From: the human T2T-CHM13v2.0 reference genome, Homo sapiens
DNA: 64,000 bases
Reading direction: 5' to 3' (one strand)
NCBI RefSeq assembly: GCF_009914755.1
Contig: NC_060932.1
In this document: one piece after another, positions 59,458 through 64,000 of the stretch
How positions within the stretch are numbered: the first letter of the stretch is position 1
How the letters are laid out: each line of letters starts with the position of its first letter
Position numbers and translations under genes: made by a program
Notes under the pieces: model-generated
Told to the model about the DNA's origin: nothing
The model's input: only the letters and a program-made list of their open reading frames with translations
The model's database searches: none

Positions 59458-59598
59458 TTTTTTATTTATTTTATTTTTGTTTAAGGCAGGATCTTGCTAT
59501 GGTGCCCCAGCTGGTCTCAAACTCCTGGGCTCAAGCAGTCCTCCTGCCTCAGCCTCCCAAAATACTGGGATTACAAGCATGAGCCACCATGACCAGCT
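59458..59598 (-). mobile_element. Alu monomer (FLAM-like)
   Basis: ctggtctcaaactcctgggctcaagcagtcctcctgcctcagcctcccaa...gagccaccatg. Confidence 0.88.
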
Positions 59599-59815
59599 AG
59601 CAAGTGTAAGTTTTAAAGTCTTCTTCTAACAAGTGATTGTTTTGTTAAACAAGCACTGGATTATGATGCTGTTATGAAATATTCCTGGCCAGAGATATAG
59701 TACATTTCATGAGACCTTGAAAAATACGTTTGGTAGGAATTGACTGACCTTTAAGTAGTTCTTTAAACTGAAGTATGAGAGGAAGAAAAGGTCTATTTAA
59801 AATTGAAGAATATTA

Positions 59816-60196
<381 letters not shown>

Positions 60197-60320
60197 TTAG
60201 AGTAAATAGCAGGAACCAAATACTACAGGGAAGTCCTGTGGGATAATAAAGAAGGAAAACCTGAAATTTGAACATGAAGATGTAAATATAATTTTAGAGG
60301 TAAAACTGAGGCTTGAAAAA

Positions 60321-60366
60321 CCTCCCAAAGTGTTGGGATTACAGGCGTGAGCCACCACGCCCAGCC
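60321..60366 (-). mobile_element. Isolated 46-bp Alu 5' end
   Basis: cctcccaaagtgttgggattacaggcgtgagccaccacgcccagcc with no body or tail. Confidence 0.88.
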
Positions 60367-62599
60367 TGATAGACACTTTTAAATGGACCCGAAATTCCAT
60401 GAACTTGACAAAGGAAGCCAAGTACACAGCATTTAAGTGAAGCTGAAAAGAAAAATTACGTAATTTTAAGATTTAATACAGTCTAGAAGATAAAATACTT
60501 CCTTAGAAACAGGTCATAAAACTACTACAGAGGCAAAATGGGGTAATTAGAAAGCTTTAAATATCTATACATTTGCAGAAGTCTTTTTGAGGATAATCAG
60601 GATTACTGTCTGTCTAGACTCATAGGAACAACAAAGAACTGATGGAGAGGAGCAAGTGTTAGAAATCTTGGGAGAAGGAGACCACATTTCCCTAGATTTC
60701 AAAAGTAATCAAAATATAGCAGGCAGAATTAATTACTTCCAATTCTATAATTTATGTTCACCCTTTTATTACAACACTTAACACATAGGGATATTTGTTT
60801 TATGGTTCTGCCTTTACTAGCTGTGAGCTAATAATGGAAATAGACTCTCTCATGGATCTTTTAATCTCTAAGACCTGTTATATTGCCTCACACATTGTAG
60901 GTGCTAAAAAAATCTGTAGGAAGAAGTTGGTAATAAAATAAAGGAAGAGAAGGCAATAGGCTTAGAGGAACAAGAGAACTATCTTCAAGACTTTGCTCAA
61001 ATATCTCCTTCTTGGTGAGGAACACCCTGACTATCACCTCCCACCACTCCCTTACTGTGTTATACTGTTGTTGTTTTCAATCACACTCATCTTTCATCTT
61101 ACTGTATAAATTCACTGGCTTATTTTGTTTGTTGTTTGTTGTCTGTTTCCCCTTGCTAGAATATGAGCTTTAGGGGGCAAGGATCTTTGTTTTGTATACT
61201 AATGTGCCTGAAGTACTTAAGATAGTAGGTGCCTAAAAATTTTGTTAAATAAATGAAATATCTGATAGACTATCTTGCAGAAGAGGAATTAAACTTCTTG
61301 CATGTATGTCTGAAGGACACAAACTGGAAATGTGTTAAAGTTGCAGTTATACTGATTTGACTCAATAGTTAGACTTGAGTAGTAGAAAAAGCTTAAAAAT
61401 ACAATCCTGACATATATAATAAAAAATGAAATTGAGTCTATAAAAAGTAAGGGAAAGGGATATATAAGAAACCATTTTAGGCTGAGCAGGGAGCTTGCAA
61501 TCACTACGTATTTTTAAATACCAAAGAATGAAAGAGAAACAGAGGGACATGCAATGAAAGATTCAGGCAAATTATGAAGGGAAATGATGTAGAACTATAA
61601 GTACAATACCACAAAGGCTAAAGTCCAAATGACCTGCAAATTTTTTGTATACGTAGAAACACCAAAAACAAGGTAGAAGGAAAAAATTGGAAAACAGAAA
61701 GCTGTGGAGAAAGTAAAATGAAGTCTTTTAAATATTTTAAGGCTCCCCCATGAAAGAGGACTTTTTTACAATTACAGAAGGCACAGCTAGAACCAATTTC
61801 TGGATTTTACAGTGAGGTAATTTTTGACATCATAGTAAGAATAATTATTTATTAATTAAAACCACAAATCTTCATCACTGAAAATTGTTCAAGAAGAGTT
61901 TACAGGTAGAAATATTACACTGCATAAAATATTAAGTGTCTATTACCTCTTCTGTACTTTGGAATTTCACTGGCTGTTTGTTTGGAAGGAGGGCCCTATA
62001 CTTTGAGTCAGAGTGTTCTCTAGGAAAATTAAAGGAGATTCTTTTAAATTGAAAAAGGTATTTATGCAAAGGATTTATTCCTCTCCTGATCTCTACATAC
62101 ACATATCTCTCTTTTTTTAAATGTTGTTCTGGGACCCTTTTGGGAGTGCCATAAATCTACATAAAAATTCAGAAGGCACATCCGTGTTTGCCCATAGACT
62201 TCTGGATTATTGTGTGGAAATGCAGTATCACAGGGCCTTTCCATCTGACTTTTGCACAGTGGCAGGCTGCTCATTTCTTTTTCTAATTCAAGTTATATTT
62301 CTTTCACTGAAATTGACCTGTCAAGAACAGTGCTACATGGTATAACCTGAAGCAATATGTCCTAATATTTTAAATAAGGAGCTCAGTTCAATTATGTAGG
62401 AACAAAATGTATCTCTGACATAGACATTCTTGGGGTTGGGAGTAAGATGATCGACTGCAATCTTATGTCTGTTGAAATAAAACTTACATTATAGGCTTAA
62501 AACTTAAGAAATCTTTCCTCTTCATGTTGGACATTGTGCTACTTCAGCTGAGGACCTAGATTTTAAAATCATTCCAAACTAGAGACACACACCCAAAAT

Positions 62600-64000
<1,401 letters not shown>

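Overview
Primate (most likely human/hominoid, given young AluY copies) AT-rich genomic DNA. The window starts with one internal coding exon (168-409, + strand) that I recognise as RIMS2/RIM2: ...S|VFTSKMQSRQMG...RSASQLSQT|E, the alternatively spliced linker upstream of the C2B domain. The remaining ~63.6 kb is one long intron with no other recognisable exon and no CpG island. It is filled with retro/DNA-transposon fossils: about 20 Alus, several L1 fragments, L2/MIR, MaLR solo LTRs, hAT MITEs, and a deleted two-LTR ERV1-class provirus with a tRNA-Ser-like primer-binding site. Nearly all other ORFs in the track are Alu/L1-derived or chance. I find no evidence for a new multi-gene biological system. 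The most notable structures are a 70-bp segment copied from 2.1 kb away inside one L1, a nested L1-in-L1 with an almost open ORF2 tail, the provirus, a 19-bp hairpin next to a Z-DNA-prone tract, and candidate alternative 3' ends just after the RIMS2 exon. Repeat subfamily names come from my memory of consensus sequences, not from a search, and boundaries of old repeats are approximate.
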